Below are positions 31,563 to 41,862 of a stretch of 64,000 nucleotides of DNA, piece by piece. The translations under genes and the position numbers were made by a program. The notes under the pieces are model-generated. The model was not told the origin of the DNA, ran no database searches, and saw nothing but the letters and a program-made list of their open reading frames with translations. Each line of letters begins with the position of its first letter. Positions within the stretch are counted from its first letter, which is position 1. The DNA is from an uncultured Nitrososphaeraceae archaeon (GTDB taxonomy: Archaea; Thermoproteota; Nitrososphaeria; Nitrososphaerales; Nitrososphaeraceae). Location: positions 1 through 64,000 of the forward strand of contig CAVZZA010000004.1 in NCBI GenBank assembly GCA_963779615.1. Reading direction: 5' to 3'.

Positions 31563-32135
31563 TAATACTTTAGAAGGAAATTAACGTTCCTTATAAGGTT
31601 AAATCACCTTCGAGCTTTTACTTAAAACGTTACTTGATTAATTAAATAAATCATCAGGTAATGGAGATTTAGGTAGGGTATTCTCAAACTTGCGTCTTGG
31701 GATGAGCTTGTATGAATATACTGATCATTTTGGAAGCAACAATCAAGCGAATAAACTACAATCGCCAAATGACAATTAATGCATTATCTGGCTGAACTAT
31801 TTGAAGCATTGTATGATCAATGATCTAAATAAATGATATTGTTCCATTAAATTTTGCAATGAGGATGTTGATACTGCATTAAAAATAATTTATGTGAACG
31901 ACTTGGAAAAAACAATATATTTGTACTTTAGCATTTTAGCTCACTAGCATAAACCCCGAGACATGATTTAAAAACAGGATGATAATGGATTGAATTAACC
32001 GTCCCTGCTTATGTCTGATTCTGGTTGCATGAATATAAAAAGTGCTGCAAGCATTTACTTTACCTATAAACTAAAAAGAATATAAATTATTACGTTCTAT
32101 ACAAAATAAACATGTGGGGAATTACGATTTACCTT

Positions 32136-32255
32136 ATGCGTTTGGCAGATCATTTACAAATACGAAAAGATAAACGAACATGCAGAATTTGTAATTACGT
32201 GGCCAAAAATGAAAACGCTATCAATGAACATATGCAAAAAGAACACCGAGTTTGA
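32136..32255 (+). CDS. 39-aa single C2H2 zinc-finger micro-protein
   Basis: MRLADHLQIRKDKRTCRICNYVAKNENAINEHMQKEHRV; alternative in-frame ATG at 32112. Confidence 0.7.
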   Translation: MRLADHLQIRKDKRTCRICNYVAKNENAINEHMQKEHRV

Positions 32256-32619
32256 TGCCCTTAATTTGTCGGGGGTCAAGGGAATAGCCAAGTTAATTAA
32301 ATTTTGATCCATTTCTACACTAATGCATAACTAATCATTTTGAATTGGTTGGTGTCTCATATTGGTATCTAATAGGTTGGGTGGCTGGTTTTTTTTATTT
32401 CAGCAATTCCAGTTGGACCACTATTCCTTTTTAGCATATTTGAAGCTTTTATCATTGTCACATGCATGTTGTGATCCAAAAACATATCATTTTCCCATCA
32501 CCTTATTGTTTATTTTATAGTATCTTTTACCACTCCTGAAATACTTTACAGTCATTATTTTCACAGTACTGTCATTGCCTCGCTAATTTCGCATATTTGG
32601 ATATCCTTAAGTCTACTGG

Positions 32620-33049
32620 CCGTCATTTGTAACATTGATAATAAACCACCTGGCTATTGCGGCTTTGCAAAGATCTTCCAACTTAGTTTGCCAGATGTGT
32701 CAATTTGTTTATTTTTTTGTTGACCTGTGGAAGGCAAGAGGATGATTTGGAACATCATTTCAATAGGTTTTGATAATCCCTACTTCCCCTTTTTGCCTAT
32801 GCTGTAGTTGGAATTTATTGTGAATGACCAATTACTAAATGGATGGACCTGAATACCCGTACTATAAATCATCTTCTTAATTTTCAATCCCTTTAGCAAA
32901 ATCCATATGCCATAATTCTTTGTATCATAGGTAGGGAGAATTTTACTCCACCAAAAAAAGATTAGGTACAGAATGCCTCCATATGTAAAAAGATGCTTGG
33001 TATAATAAAACCTGAATGAATATTCATGCGACAAATCACCTCTGTTCAA
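32620..33049 (-). pseudogene. possible decayed secreted Ig-like domain protein
   Basis: Fragments FSNWSFTINSNY and ARWFIINVT in different frames with stops; boundaries approximate. Confidence 0.25.
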
Positions 33050-33256
33050 TTTGGCACCTTTAACAAATTACGAATTTCTCTTCATCAATGCTTTATCTTC
33101 AATCCCTTGATTATGGGTTAAAAATGTAATTCAGGTCTCTATTTGCCTACCTTTAATGATGAAAATAAAGCGGGATAACAGGATGACCCCTGCCTGTCTT
33201 CAAAATAATGAAATGTATTGTATTTGTGTTTTTGAAGTAAATTTCTTTTGTATTTA

Positions 33257-33532
33257 TTAAATTGCCTGTAATTTAGAGTTTCTTGATGAAGGAATAAGCA
33301 ACTCTTCTATCTCGCTATTCATTTTCAAGAAAGTCATACCTTTCTCAGTTGTTTTATATATTGGAGATCCCTCTAAATATTCTATTAGATCATTTTCTAT
33401 TAGAACTGAAAGATATTCTCTTAATTGGTTATAGCTTAAAAAAGCCTTGTACATGATTTTTGTCTTAGTTGTCCCACCGTTAGCTGCCTCAAGTATCATT
33501 GCTACTATTTCGGTTCTGCTTCTGTATTTCAT
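33257..33532 (-). CDS. winged helix-turn-helix regulator (archaeal HTH_45 type)
   Basis: MKYRSRTEIVAMILEAA..TKTKIMYKAFLSY.QL.EYL..L...YKTTEKG..FL. Confidence 0.92.
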   Translation of the reverse strand: MKYRSRTEIVAMILEAANGGTTKTKIMYKAFLSYNQLREYLSVLIENDLIEYLEGSPIYKTTEKGMTFLKMNSEIEELLIPSSRNSKLQAI

Positions 33533-33844
33533 TATAAGGTATTAATGCATTTCGAAGTATTTAAGTATCGTTATCGAATCATGCTGTACCATAAAATGTA
33601 AAATGCCCGTCAAGCCTTAATCCATAGCATGAACTAAAGGTTGTATTACATATTTAAAGGGAAGAAGGCAAATGGTTATCGTTGATTTTCCATTTTGATG
33701 TATTGAGATGCAAAGATCACAATCAGTTTATCCAGAATTCCATTATATCTAATTTTCAACTATTAATGTAATTTAGAACATTGCCAGCGTTACAAATTAT
33801 CAAGCAAGTGTATTTTCAAACTATCTATTTTTATAAATTATGTA

Positions 33845-34087
33845 TCAATAATTTAGGTCGTACTTAATAATTTTGTGCCATCTTGGTACAAACCATTTCA
33901 AACAAGTGTAAAGAAAGTAATTAAAGCCTAAAGCCATAACAGAAGCCTGCCATAGCCAAGTAATGTACTGTTCATTGCTTAGCCCAACCAAGAATAACAA
34001 CCAAGGTGTAAGGCAAACAACCGTCACTAAATGAATGAAAGCTGTCTGACCAAGATAGTCAAAGATTTTCTTTTTAATATCATCCAT
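33845..34087 (-). CDS. small two-TM membrane protein
   Basis: 80-aa ORF with two hydrophobic segments. Confidence 0.6.
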   Translation of the reverse strand: MDDIKKKIFDYLGQTAFIHLVTVVCLTPWLLFLVGLSNEQYITWLWQASVMALGFNYFLYTCLKWFVPRWHKIIKYDLNY

Positions 34088-34556
34088 AGTTATATTTCTG
34101 TATAATATTCATTTAATATCTTATTTTAAAATTATTATGTTGTGTTTTACAAATTAATGGATTTTTAGTTAACTTTCATCTCGTGTTTGTTACAGGTATG
34201 ATATAGGATTTGTTAAAACGTGACAATGGTTTTGCCTGGCTACCTTAAGCCGCCTGCCAATTCTTTTGTATCTTGGAAATCTTATGATTGAAATGCACAT
34301 TCGCAACAGAATTTGCCTCACCTTAATCCTCAATCCTTTTTTTTGGTCGGTGGCTTAATAATTAATGTAGTCAGTAAGGGTTGGAAAGTGGTTAGAGTTC
34401 AACTCAAAATATATTTACAGAAACACCCTATAGAAACATGTAATTAAAAACTCTAACTGATACTTTTAATAGCTTTAGGAAACCATATTTTCAAGGGATA
34501 AAAATTCATCATTTGTAAAGTGAAAAATTTAAATAATTAAGTATTATAAGAAAATT

Positions 34557-34945
34557 ATGAAATACATTACTGTATTACTACTATCGGTATTTTTAATACC
34601 CCTAACACAAACTGCTTATTCACAATCTATCATCGATCAGATCGGTGGAGCACTAGGCAATGCAACATCCGGTGCAGGCCAGGCATTAAGCAATGCAACA
34701 TCCGGTGCAGGCCGAGAGCATCAAGCAATGCAACATCCGGTGCAGGCGAAGCATCAAGCAATGCAACATCCGGTGCAGGCGAAGCATCAAGCAATGCAAC
34801 ATCCGGTGCCTCCAGTGCTATGAATAACACCGCAGAGAGCGGCGGCCAGGCAGCAAACAATGCAAGTGGTGCAGCACAGGGTGGATTAAATGAAGTAACA
34901 AAAACTATTGGTGATGTGATAGGAAAAATAATACCAAATAAATAA
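34557..34945 (+). CDS. secreted Ala/Ser/Gly-rich repeat protein with one frameshift inside the repeat
   Basis: Signal peptide, then NATSGAG repeats; repeat 2 is 35 bp rather than 33; the restored frame ends ...IGDVIGKIIPNK at stop 34945. Confidence 0.75.
34659..34810 (+). repeat. 33-bp coding tandem repeat AATGCAACATCCGGTGCAGGCGAAGCATCAAGC
   Basis: Units start at 34659, 34692, 34727, 34760 and 34793 (partial). Confidence 0.95.
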
Positions 34946-34980
34946 CCATACAGCAAATAATCATTTTATTGAGTATAATT

Positions 34981-35002
34981 AAGTAATGCATACGCATTAC
35001 TT
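34981..35002. terminator. perfect hairpin downstream of the repeat-protein gene
   Basis: AAGTAATGC-ATAC-GCATTACTT followed by T/A-rich sequence; function inferred. Confidence 0.35.
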
Positions 35003-35494
35003 TAATTTGAAATTATTCATCCATATCCAGATATTTAATTAATACTTGCTAATTTAGCAATTATCTGAAATAACGGTAGTATGCTGCTTCTTTTTATAAT
35101 GTACTTGTCCTGAATTAATGCAATTTATCCTATTCCGAAAGGGTATGGATGTGCAAAATTTTCTTTCACTTATTCTCAAATCTGGGCGCATTTTTTTTAC
35201 TTGACATTTGCCTGATAACCCAACTCAGTTTCAGCGTCTAATTGTCTCCATCTATTTATCACTGTTTAAGTCAAGTTATGTATCGATCCCTTCTTTGATA
35301 CTCCATATTAATTTTATAGGGGCATGGCATAACATATGCCTTTAAAATGAGATTATGATGAATTATTTTTAAATTTAGAATGCAAAGACTATAAAAATTA
35401 CATTAAACTATACATATACATTAATATAATACAATATGATAAACTCTTCATTAAATTACGGCTATCATTCACCAAAATATTTGGATATAGTAGG

Positions 35495-37183
35495 TTGACC
35501 ATCGATAAGAGCAGACAGCATGCTGAATCAATGGCAAATCCCCTTGCCCAGCCTTCTCCCTGGTGGAGTGAATTGTATCAAAGAATCAAATTGTTTCCTT
35601 GGTGGATTAGGTATAATGTAGGTTTGACAGAGGAATCTGACCTTAAGGATAAGATAATTGACCTTGCATCCGAGATGAATTTGGACAAGAGTTGGACAAA
35701 AAAGATAGTGAGGCACGCTATTTCAGAATTCTCAAAGAAGGGCCTTGGGCTTGATTATTATGGATACCACAACATAGACCATGAACTTGAAGCAACATAT
35801 TTTGCGTTGCTTTCAGCCTACGGCCACATCAGGCAAAACAGTGAAGTTAACGGCCTTTTCAATAACGAAGGTGTAAAATATCTTTTTCTTTCAGCCCTTT
35901 TTCATGATTATGATCCAGCAAAACAGTTCGATAAACCAAACGAAGAATCTGTGGAATGGTTTCTAAGAAGCGATCCGGAAATAAGGAAATTTATTGATTT
36001 GGTGGGACTTGACATTAATGTTATAATTGCTGTCATATACAGAACTGCCTATCCTTTTAAAGGTCCAATAGCTGAAAATGCGACAAAACGAATACATGAG
36101 CTACTGTCACTTAAAAGTCGGGTCACAGGTGATAACACCAACGAGGTTAGTGATGATTCAAAAAGAATAGAACATTATCAGCGACTTGGTTGGTTTTTAT
36201 CTGTATGCGAACGTATGGCTGGATACGCCCTGGGAGACTTTGAGCACGCAAACAAACTAGCTAGAAGTAACGCACATGCATTAGGATGGCATCCATCTGT
36301 GATAAATGAGGAGTCTGTAAAATATTTTGATGCTCTAAAACAGGAGGGCGAGATGTTGCAATTTGTACTGAAGGGAATACCAGACAATCTGAGAAAGAAT
36401 TATTTTGACAACATCGAAGCTTTTGAAAGTCTGTATGAAGAAGAGAAGGAAATAAGGACTTTGACGGCAAGAAAAGAAATTGGCTTTGAATGCAGGGTAG
36501 AAAAAATTGGAAATGGCAATGATGAAGACAGAATATCCGGTCTTGACCCTGAAGTAAGAGGTTGCGTTCTTAATATTTATAACAAGCTGCCAATCCCACT
36601 AAAGCGAGGGGAACGACATTTTTTCAAGTCTCTTTCCAGTCAGGATACAATTCTAATCACCCTTCGAATAAAAAAAGAGACAAAGCCAAATCAGGAAATT
36701 AATGGAAACAATAAGGAACATGAGTCAAAAAGCACTGTTAACCCAGCAGTAAAAGAAGGGGAAGGAAATGGGGAAGAAAACTGCGGTAATGCTCATAAAA
36801 ATGAGGCCATTGTTGGCTACGTGAAGGGAGGACCTTTGGAAAAATATGGACTCAGAAGGGGAACACTTGATGAAAATTTTGGTAAAAAAAATACTGCTTA
36901 CATGGAGTGGATATGTATAAAGCCAGGATACTGGGGGTCCGCTGGTGGCCACCTTCTTCGAATGAACTTTCTGATGGAAGCAAAGGAGAGGGGTTATAGC
37001 TTTCTAACAGGATATGTGCATCGTAATGTAATATCCACAAGAAAAAGCAAAGGGGAGATAATACAAATAGTGCAGAAATACGATCCAGATAAACTAGATT
37101 ACTATAGGATTGATTTGAGTAAAATATCAATCACCGATACCCTAGAAGAAGATTCGGAGTTTGCAACTGCAGTTTACCCCTAA
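35495..37183 (+). CDS. HD-domain phosphohydrolase fused to a C-terminal GNAT-like domain
   Basis: YHNIDHEL...ALFHDYDP; C-terminal IVGYVKG..YMEWICIKPGYWGSAGGHLL..AKERGY. Confidence 0.8.
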   Translation: MTIDKSRQHAESMANPLAQPSPWWSELYQRIKLFPWWIRYNVGLTEESDLKDKIIDLASEMNLDKSWTKKIVRHAISEFSKKGLGLDYYGYHNIDHELEATYFALLSAYGHIRQNSEVNGLFNNEGVKYLFLSALFHDYDPAKQFDKPNEESVEWFLRSDPEIRKFIDLVGLDINVIIAVIYRTAYPFKGPIAENATKRIHELLSLKSRVTGDNTNEVSDDSKRIEHYQRLGWFLSVCERMAGYALGDFEHANKLARSNAHALGWHPSVINEESVKYFDALKQEGEMLQFVLKGIPDNLRKNYFDNIEAFESLYEEEKEIRTLTARKEIGFECRVEKIGNGNDEDRISGLDPEVRGCVLNIYNKLPIPLKRGERHFFKSLSSQDTILITLRIKKETKPNQEINGNNKEHESKSTVNPAVKEGEGNGEENCGNAHKNEAIVGYVKGGPLEKYGLRRGTLDENFGKKNTAYMEWICIKPGYWGSAGGHLLRMNFLMEAKERGYSFLTGYVHRNVISTRKSKGEIIQIVQKYDPDKLDYYRIDLSKISITDTLEEDSEFATAVYP

Positions 37184-37511
37184 ATTCGATATTTCATATC
37201 GATTGACAAAAGATTTTTTCATAAATAATTATTGGTGTCAATAACTATTGTAGTAATATGCAGTATTCTGTATTTCTATGATACTAGCATCCTAAACTTT
37301 CCTGAACCGGGAATTTATTTGGATTTGATTCTAGTTTAATTTTTTTTATATAAAGTAGAATCTATAACAAGGCTTGAAGTAATTGGTTAGTTATAGTAAC
37401 GAGATGGAGGTGGCGATTTGGACGGCTAAACCATATTGTTGTCAAAACATTGGTATGATCTGAAATAAACCAAACGCGATTGCTGGATGAAAAGCCACTT
37501 GAATTGCTTGT

Positions 37512-37673
37512 CTATTCCTTCCAATATATCCTATTGATTGATCCACACATTTCGCACTTTACACTACTTGGTATGGTGTTTCTATCTGGATATTTGGATG
37601 TTTTTCTATGAGTGTCGTTGGGTGGAAAGGCATTGTACGACTCACCGCACTTTTGGCAGGCAAAATGTCCCAT
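37512..37673 (-). CDS. 53-aa zinc-ribbon micro-protein
   Basis: MGHFACQKCGESYNAFPPND...VKCEMCGSINRIYWKE; not in ORF track. Confidence 0.7.
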   Translation of the reverse strand: MGHFACQKCGESYNAFPPNDTHRKTSKYPDRNTIPSSVKCEMCGSINRIYWKE

Positions 37674-38043
37674 TGTTTTAAGTGATTTGATTTAATATGT
37701 AAATGTTTATCTGCTCTTTTTAATTTTGTGTTATTTTAAGGATTGGTGGCCTATTAAGGAAAATCTGTCTTCTGTTGTTTGTGCATTGTTATGCAAAACA
37801 ACTGATATTATTCTAGTGGGCCCTCCCTTCAATTTATGGGTATTCTGGAGTGGATTGTGATTGGCTGTTACATTGCTCATTTGGTTCACTTTTTTTGCAT
37901 AAGCATTTTAATGGGGGGAAATGGGGGAAAACAAATAATTATGCCGCTTTAACCTTAGTCTCACTCGTTTTCAATACTCAGGGTCTCTAAACCTTAGTAG
38001 GCCAAATTCCAATTATTCTTCTAATGACTCTACACCGGAGAAT

Positions 38044-38181
38044 TTATGCTGTGGAATAATCAAAAAACCCGGTACATTGGCATAAGTGGCAGTGGTGATC
38101 GTTGTTTTGTCCTGCAATGAATTTGTGTAACAACTTTAAATGGCCGCATTTTCTGCAGACATGGTAATTGCTAGAATTCAT
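38044..38181 (-). CDS. 45-aa Cys/His-rich micro-protein
   Basis: CRKCGH....H......CHLCQCTGF; not in ORF track. Confidence 0.65.
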   Translation of the reverse strand: MNSSNYHVCRKCGHLKLLHKFIAGQNNDHHCHLCQCTGFFDYSTA

Positions 38182-38517
38182 AACTTCAGTTCTTCTTGTT
38201 TCTTTATTGTCTTGCTAATTAATAAACCGTTTCTTTTAGCTATTTTGCAGGTTTAACATTAAGCATGGGCAAATCATACACAGTTTTACCATCATTACAT
38301 AACACAAGGAAAAATCCCTGGAAACATTAATTATTACTATCCCTAAATGATGTGATAGGGTATTTCTGAAGGTATCATTTACATGTTATACAATTCTTTA
38401 AAAACATCTGGTTCACCGGTATTGAGGTTTGCATTGGATTATCAGTTTGCATTAGTTTGTTTTTACAATGGTGTTTGCATATCATTGTAAATTATGCTTT
38501 AACCAAAGTTGTTGTAT

Positions 38518-38664
38518 TTAATCGATCTTTTGAATCTTTAAAAGTTTTTCACAACTAGGACAACTTAGGCCTAAAAACTTGAACAGTAAATCGCCGTCTT
38601 CAAACTCTTCCGTTTTCAGTAGACCAAGATCAATAACTTCACTACAATAAGGACATTTTGCCAT
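38518..38664 (-). CDS. 48-aa CPxC zinc-ribbon micro-protein
   Basis: MAKCPYC...SCPSCEKLL; start moved to ATG 38664. Confidence 0.7.
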   Translation of the reverse strand: MAKCPYCSEVIDLGLLKTEEFEDGDLLFKFLGLSCPSCEKLLKIQKID

Positions 38665-38720
38665 ATTTATTATGAAATTGAGGTTCATCGTATTTAAAAC
38701 TAATGCTGTTTGTTGGTGAT

Positions 38721-39665
38721 TCAGGTCATTCTTACCTTTTTTCCGATAGCCATACACGGAATTATCATGCTTAATGATACTAATCCCATATAAAGTCCGC
38801 TAGAGCCTGCAATAAAACTTGCGTCAAGGGGTATCAGCAAAACAAGCATGCTTTTGACCAAAAACTGTATATCCACATGCCCATAGTTTTTCTTGCTTGC
38901 TTTTTTAAAAAAAATCATAGTACTTGAAGCCAGAAACAAAGCAGAAAAAGTTAAAAATAAAAACTTGTTAGGCAAAAATAAGGCGCCTAAAAAGGTCAAT
39001 ATAACAAACAAAAACAAATAATTTCTATAAATTTTCTTTAACTCTAGTGACTTGTTAAATTGTTTGTTTTCTACTTCAGTTTCTCTTTTACTCAATAGCG
39101 TTAATGTGAATACATGGATAAAAATTGCAGCGGTTAATATTAACAAGTTGATGAATGCATTGTAAACAAGACTAGTATCGGTACCATAATTTGGGATTTT
39201 TAAAAATTCAAAATTAGGGGATGCCCCATAAACAATATTTAGTGAACGGATGCCCCCCATAAAAAAAGGTCTCAGGAAGCCATTTTTGAATTTGAAATTG
39301 TACAACAGTATCATGACAACAAGAGAGATGGCTATCATTGTAGAGGTAAAGGTCAACAATAACGTCAAAAGTATGCCCGCCCCAAAAAAAAGGATTGACA
39401 GGGAAATTGCTATGGATTCCTTTATTTTTCCTGATGAAAGAGGCCTGTTTGGCCTTTCTATTTTATCTTTGTTTATGTCAAAAAGATCATTGGTAACCAT
39501 TCCCCCAACATAGAGAAAAATGGATGAAAATACAAGGAACGTTATGCTGTGATAACTTACTATGTCAATGTCAAATAGAGAAGCAACAAAGTAGCCTGCA
39601 AGGATATCTGAGGGAACGGTAAATATATTGGAGATGCGGAATAATTGAAGATAATGCTTTAACAA
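38721..39665 (-). CDS. UbiA-family prenyltransferase (EboC-like)
   Basis: LQLFRISNIFTVPSDILAG, NDLFD..D..ERPNRPL.SG, MG..R.LN. Confidence 0.9.
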   Translation of the reverse strand: MLKHYLQLFRISNIFTVPSDILAGYFVASLFDIDIVSYHSITFLVFSSIFLYVGGMVTNDLFDINKDKIERPNRPLSSGKIKESIAISLSILFFGAGILLTLLLTFTSTMIAISLVVMILLYNFKFKNGFLRPFFMGGIRSLNIVYGASPNFEFLKIPNYGTDTSLVYNAFINLLILTAAIFIHVFTLTLLSKRETEVENKQFNKSLELKKIYRNYLFLFVILTFLGALFLPNKFLFLTFSALFLASSTMIFFKKASKKNYGHVDIQFLVKSMLVLLIPLDASFIAGSSGLYMGLVSLSMIIPCMAIGKKVRMT

Positions 39666-39689
39666 TTTATGTTAGTAACCTTAACACGA

Positions 39690-40514
39690 TCATGTTAAAA
39701 TTTCATTCAAATATTCAAGTGACTTTATAGCAGCCTCTGAGGGTTTGTCCTTGTATGGATACAGTTCAACCGTTACAAATCCGTCAAACCCTATATCGCT
39801 GATTGAACCTAGAATTTTTTTAAAGTCTATGGAGCCCAATCCTGGAATGAGGTGGTCGTGTATTCTATTGCTTATGTCTGCCAAATGAAAATGGTGGATA
39901 TAGTCTGCCAATTTAAATATCAATTGGGATGGGTCTTCATCGACACAAACAAAATGGCCGATATCAAAATTTATACCCATATAATTTGAATCAAAATTGC
40001 TTATAAATTGTAAAAACTCATTGGAATTCTCTAGCAGCAGACCAGGTTCTGGTTCAACAAGAATTTTTACTTTTTCTTCTTCCGCGATGGGTAGAACTTC
40101 ATTAATGCCATCTATAAACATCTTCAAGTACCCTTCCCTATTGAGGGATCTGTCAATTGGACCTCCAGGTTCGACTGAAATATTTTTGGCACCTAATTGA
40201 TTGGCCAATTTCAAACAATTAATTGTGTGTTCTATTCGTATTTTTCTATAACTAGAGTTATCCTCAATCCACGAAGGATGGTATGTATCGCCTACCCCAA
40301 AGAGTGTGAAGGCATTGAGGTTTGAAATTTCAATATTGTTCCTCGCTAGGTCATCCTTTATTTCATTTATCCTATAGCTATTCAAAGGCAATGGATACGC
40401 GTGGGGAACATCACACAAAATTTCTATTCCTTTGTAGCCAGTTTTGGATATCTCAACAATTGATTCTGTAAGCGAATAATTTGTGTATGCATTAGAGCTA
40501 AAGGCAAATTTCAT
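39690..40514 (-). CDS. sugar phosphate isomerase/epimerase (xylose-isomerase-like TIM barrel)
   Basis: EPEPG, FDIGH, HFHLAD, HDHLIPGLG.IDF, VELY. Confidence 0.9.
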   Translation of the reverse strand: MKFAFSSNAYTNYSLTESIVEISKTGYKGIEILCDVPHAYPLPLNSYRINEIKDDLARNNIEISNLNAFTLFGVGDTYHPSWIEDNSSYRKIRIEHTINCLKLANQLGAKNISVEPGGPIDRSLNREGYLKMFIDGINEVLPIAEEEKVKILVEPEPGLLLENSNEFLQFISNFDSNYMGINFDIGHFVCVDEDPSQLIFKLADYIHHFHLADISNRIHDHLIPGLGSIDFKKILGSISDIGFDGFVTVELYPYKDKPSEAAIKSLEYLNEILT

Positions 40515-40588
40515 AAAAAATTTTTGTTTTTTTTATTTAAATAGTTATGCAATTTTTTTATTTGATAGGATCATGTCACAGGTAAAAA

Positions 40589-41395
40589 CTATGGTGCCCA
40601 TGTAAATTTTTCAGATTGTTTGTAAAAGTCGTACGCATTGAAAAAGGTCACCCTGTCTATATCTTCTCTTTTGCAATTATTTTTCCTCATTTCCCTTGCG
40701 GTTAGGGGAACGCTGAGTGGATTGGATATTCCCCAATCAGCAGCGCTATTGACCATTATCTTATCACTTCCATGCTTATTCACGATGTCAATAACCCTCT
40801 CAGGCGATAATTTTGTATGGGGGTATACCGATAGACCGGCCCAAGCCCCTAACTCCAGGGTTTTCTGTATCGTTTCTTCGGTATTGTGGTCAATTAAAAT
40901 TTTTCTAAAATCATAGTTATTTTCATTGAAAATTCTTTCCATCCTATCCATTGCGCCAGGTTTGTTAAGGTGAGGTAAATGAATCATTGTCAAAAGGTTG
41001 TTCTTTCTGCACATCTCTAACTGTTTCACAAAAATCTCCTCTTCCAAATCATTAATCAAATTATAACCTATTTCACCTACAGCAACCACTCTCTCTCTAT
41101 TCAAAAATCCCTTCTCCAGCGCATCAAATGCCTCCAATGCTAGAGGCCTCATCATCGATTCTTTGGGATTGACTGATACGCACACAAAATGGTCTATTCC
41201 AAAGCCCTCTGCCCTTGTGGTTTCATACGAGATAATGTGTTCCCAATAATCAATAAAGGTTCCCACGCTTGTCCTGGGAGCTCCCAGCCAAAAAGAAGGC
41301 TGAACTATAACTTCAATTCCCGATACAGACATTTTTTCATAATCATCGGTAGTTCTTGAATACATGTGGATATGAGGATCGAAAAATCTAGTCAT
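40589..41395 (-). CDS. TatD-family metallohydrolase (EboB-like)
   Basis: FDPHIHMYSRTTDDYE.M, FWLG.PRT, GEIG, IDHNTEET, NSAADWG.S.PL. Confidence 0.9.
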   Translation of the reverse strand: MTRFFDPHIHMYSRTTDDYEKMSVSGIEVIVQPSFWLGAPRTSVGTFIDYWEHIISYETTRAEGFGIDHFVCVSVNPKESMMRPLALEAFDALEKGFLNRERVVAVGEIGYNLINDLEEEIFVKQLEMCRKNNLLTMIHLPHLNKPGAMDRMERIFNENNYDFRKILIDHNTEETIQKTLELGAWAGLSVYPHTKLSPERVIDIVNKHGSDKIMVNSAADWGISNPLSVPLTAREMRKNNCKREDIDRVTFFNAYDFYKQSEKFTWAP

Positions 41396-41862
41396 TACAT
41401 GATAAAAATAAATAATATATTTAATGTTTGATGTAAACGGCTCTTGGCTTTAGGAAAGTATGCAGCCTGAGTATGTCCTATTTCCTTTGAACTCTGGAAA
41501 GGAAAAACCCATCTACAGAGAATTTTGGTTAAGGCTTTAAATTTATTTTCTTTGCTGGTCTGTCCCTGTAAAAACCACAAAAGCGTATTTTTTTGCAAAT
41601 AGTTGGAAAAAAGGTAATGATTCCGTTTGGACGCGGGCATAACAATAGCACAGTTCAAAAACCGGAAAAAAAACTAGTATGTAACATTGAAGCGGCCATA
41701 GGCAAAATACCCTACTTTCCTTCCACCGAAGAAATGCGTCCCATTAGGAAAAAAATAGACAATATTAATATAATGTGTTATAACTAAATTGTTAGCTATG
41801 ATTTTGATTATCCATATATATTTGAGGACAACGCATACACAACTAACAATATAGTTATAAAA

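Noticed and set aside
34659-34810. CRISPR-like repeat
   Set aside because: 33-bp in-frame coding repeat inside a signal-peptide ORF, no spacers
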